A DNA stretch of 64,000 nucleotides from Lingula anatina. Taxonomy: Eukaryota; Animalia; Brachiopoda. Location of the stretch: positions 15,996,001-16,060,000 of the forward strand of contig CM120640.1 in NCBI GenBank assembly GCA_051362555.1, written 5' to 3'. The number at the start of each line of letters is the position of its first letter. The stretch's first letter is position 1. The position numbers and the translations under genes were made by a program. Under the pieces are notes generated by a model that did not search any database, was not told the origin of the DNA, and saw nothing but the letters and a program-made list of their open reading frames with translations. Of this stretch, positions 63,956 to 64,000 are shown piece after piece.

Positions 63956-64000
63956 CTGGAAAACACATAGAGATACGTAAGGCTCTCTATTCACCTAATC

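Overview
AT-rich, intron-containing invertebrate animal DNA (the repeat families look lophotrochozoan/mollusc-like; this taxon call is inference). Five protein-coding genes were reconstructed by hand from splice sites and reading phase. (1) The 5' part of cystathionine gamma-lyase CTH (minus strand, runs off the left edge). (2) Complete ANKRD13C (12 exons, about 435 aa), head-to-head with CTH across only 482 bp. (3) A complete, roughly 22-exon, about 920-aa signal-peptide protein with several thioredoxin-like folds that I cannot assign to a named family. (4) A two-exon KLF1/2/4-class zinc-finger gene (about 411 aa) inside an approximately 18-kb CpG-rich domain. (5) The 3' part of LMBRD2 (minus strand). 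ANKRD13C intron 8 is a transposon nest: three head-to-tail Helentron-type (HINE) units plus an Academ-like element carrying a decayed transposase tail and an L1/Tx1 fragment. Several MITE and foldback elements occur elsewhere. No rRNA, tRNA or CRISPR array was seen. Most short ORFs in the supplied track are spurious. All homology calls rest on recalled motifs, not database searches.
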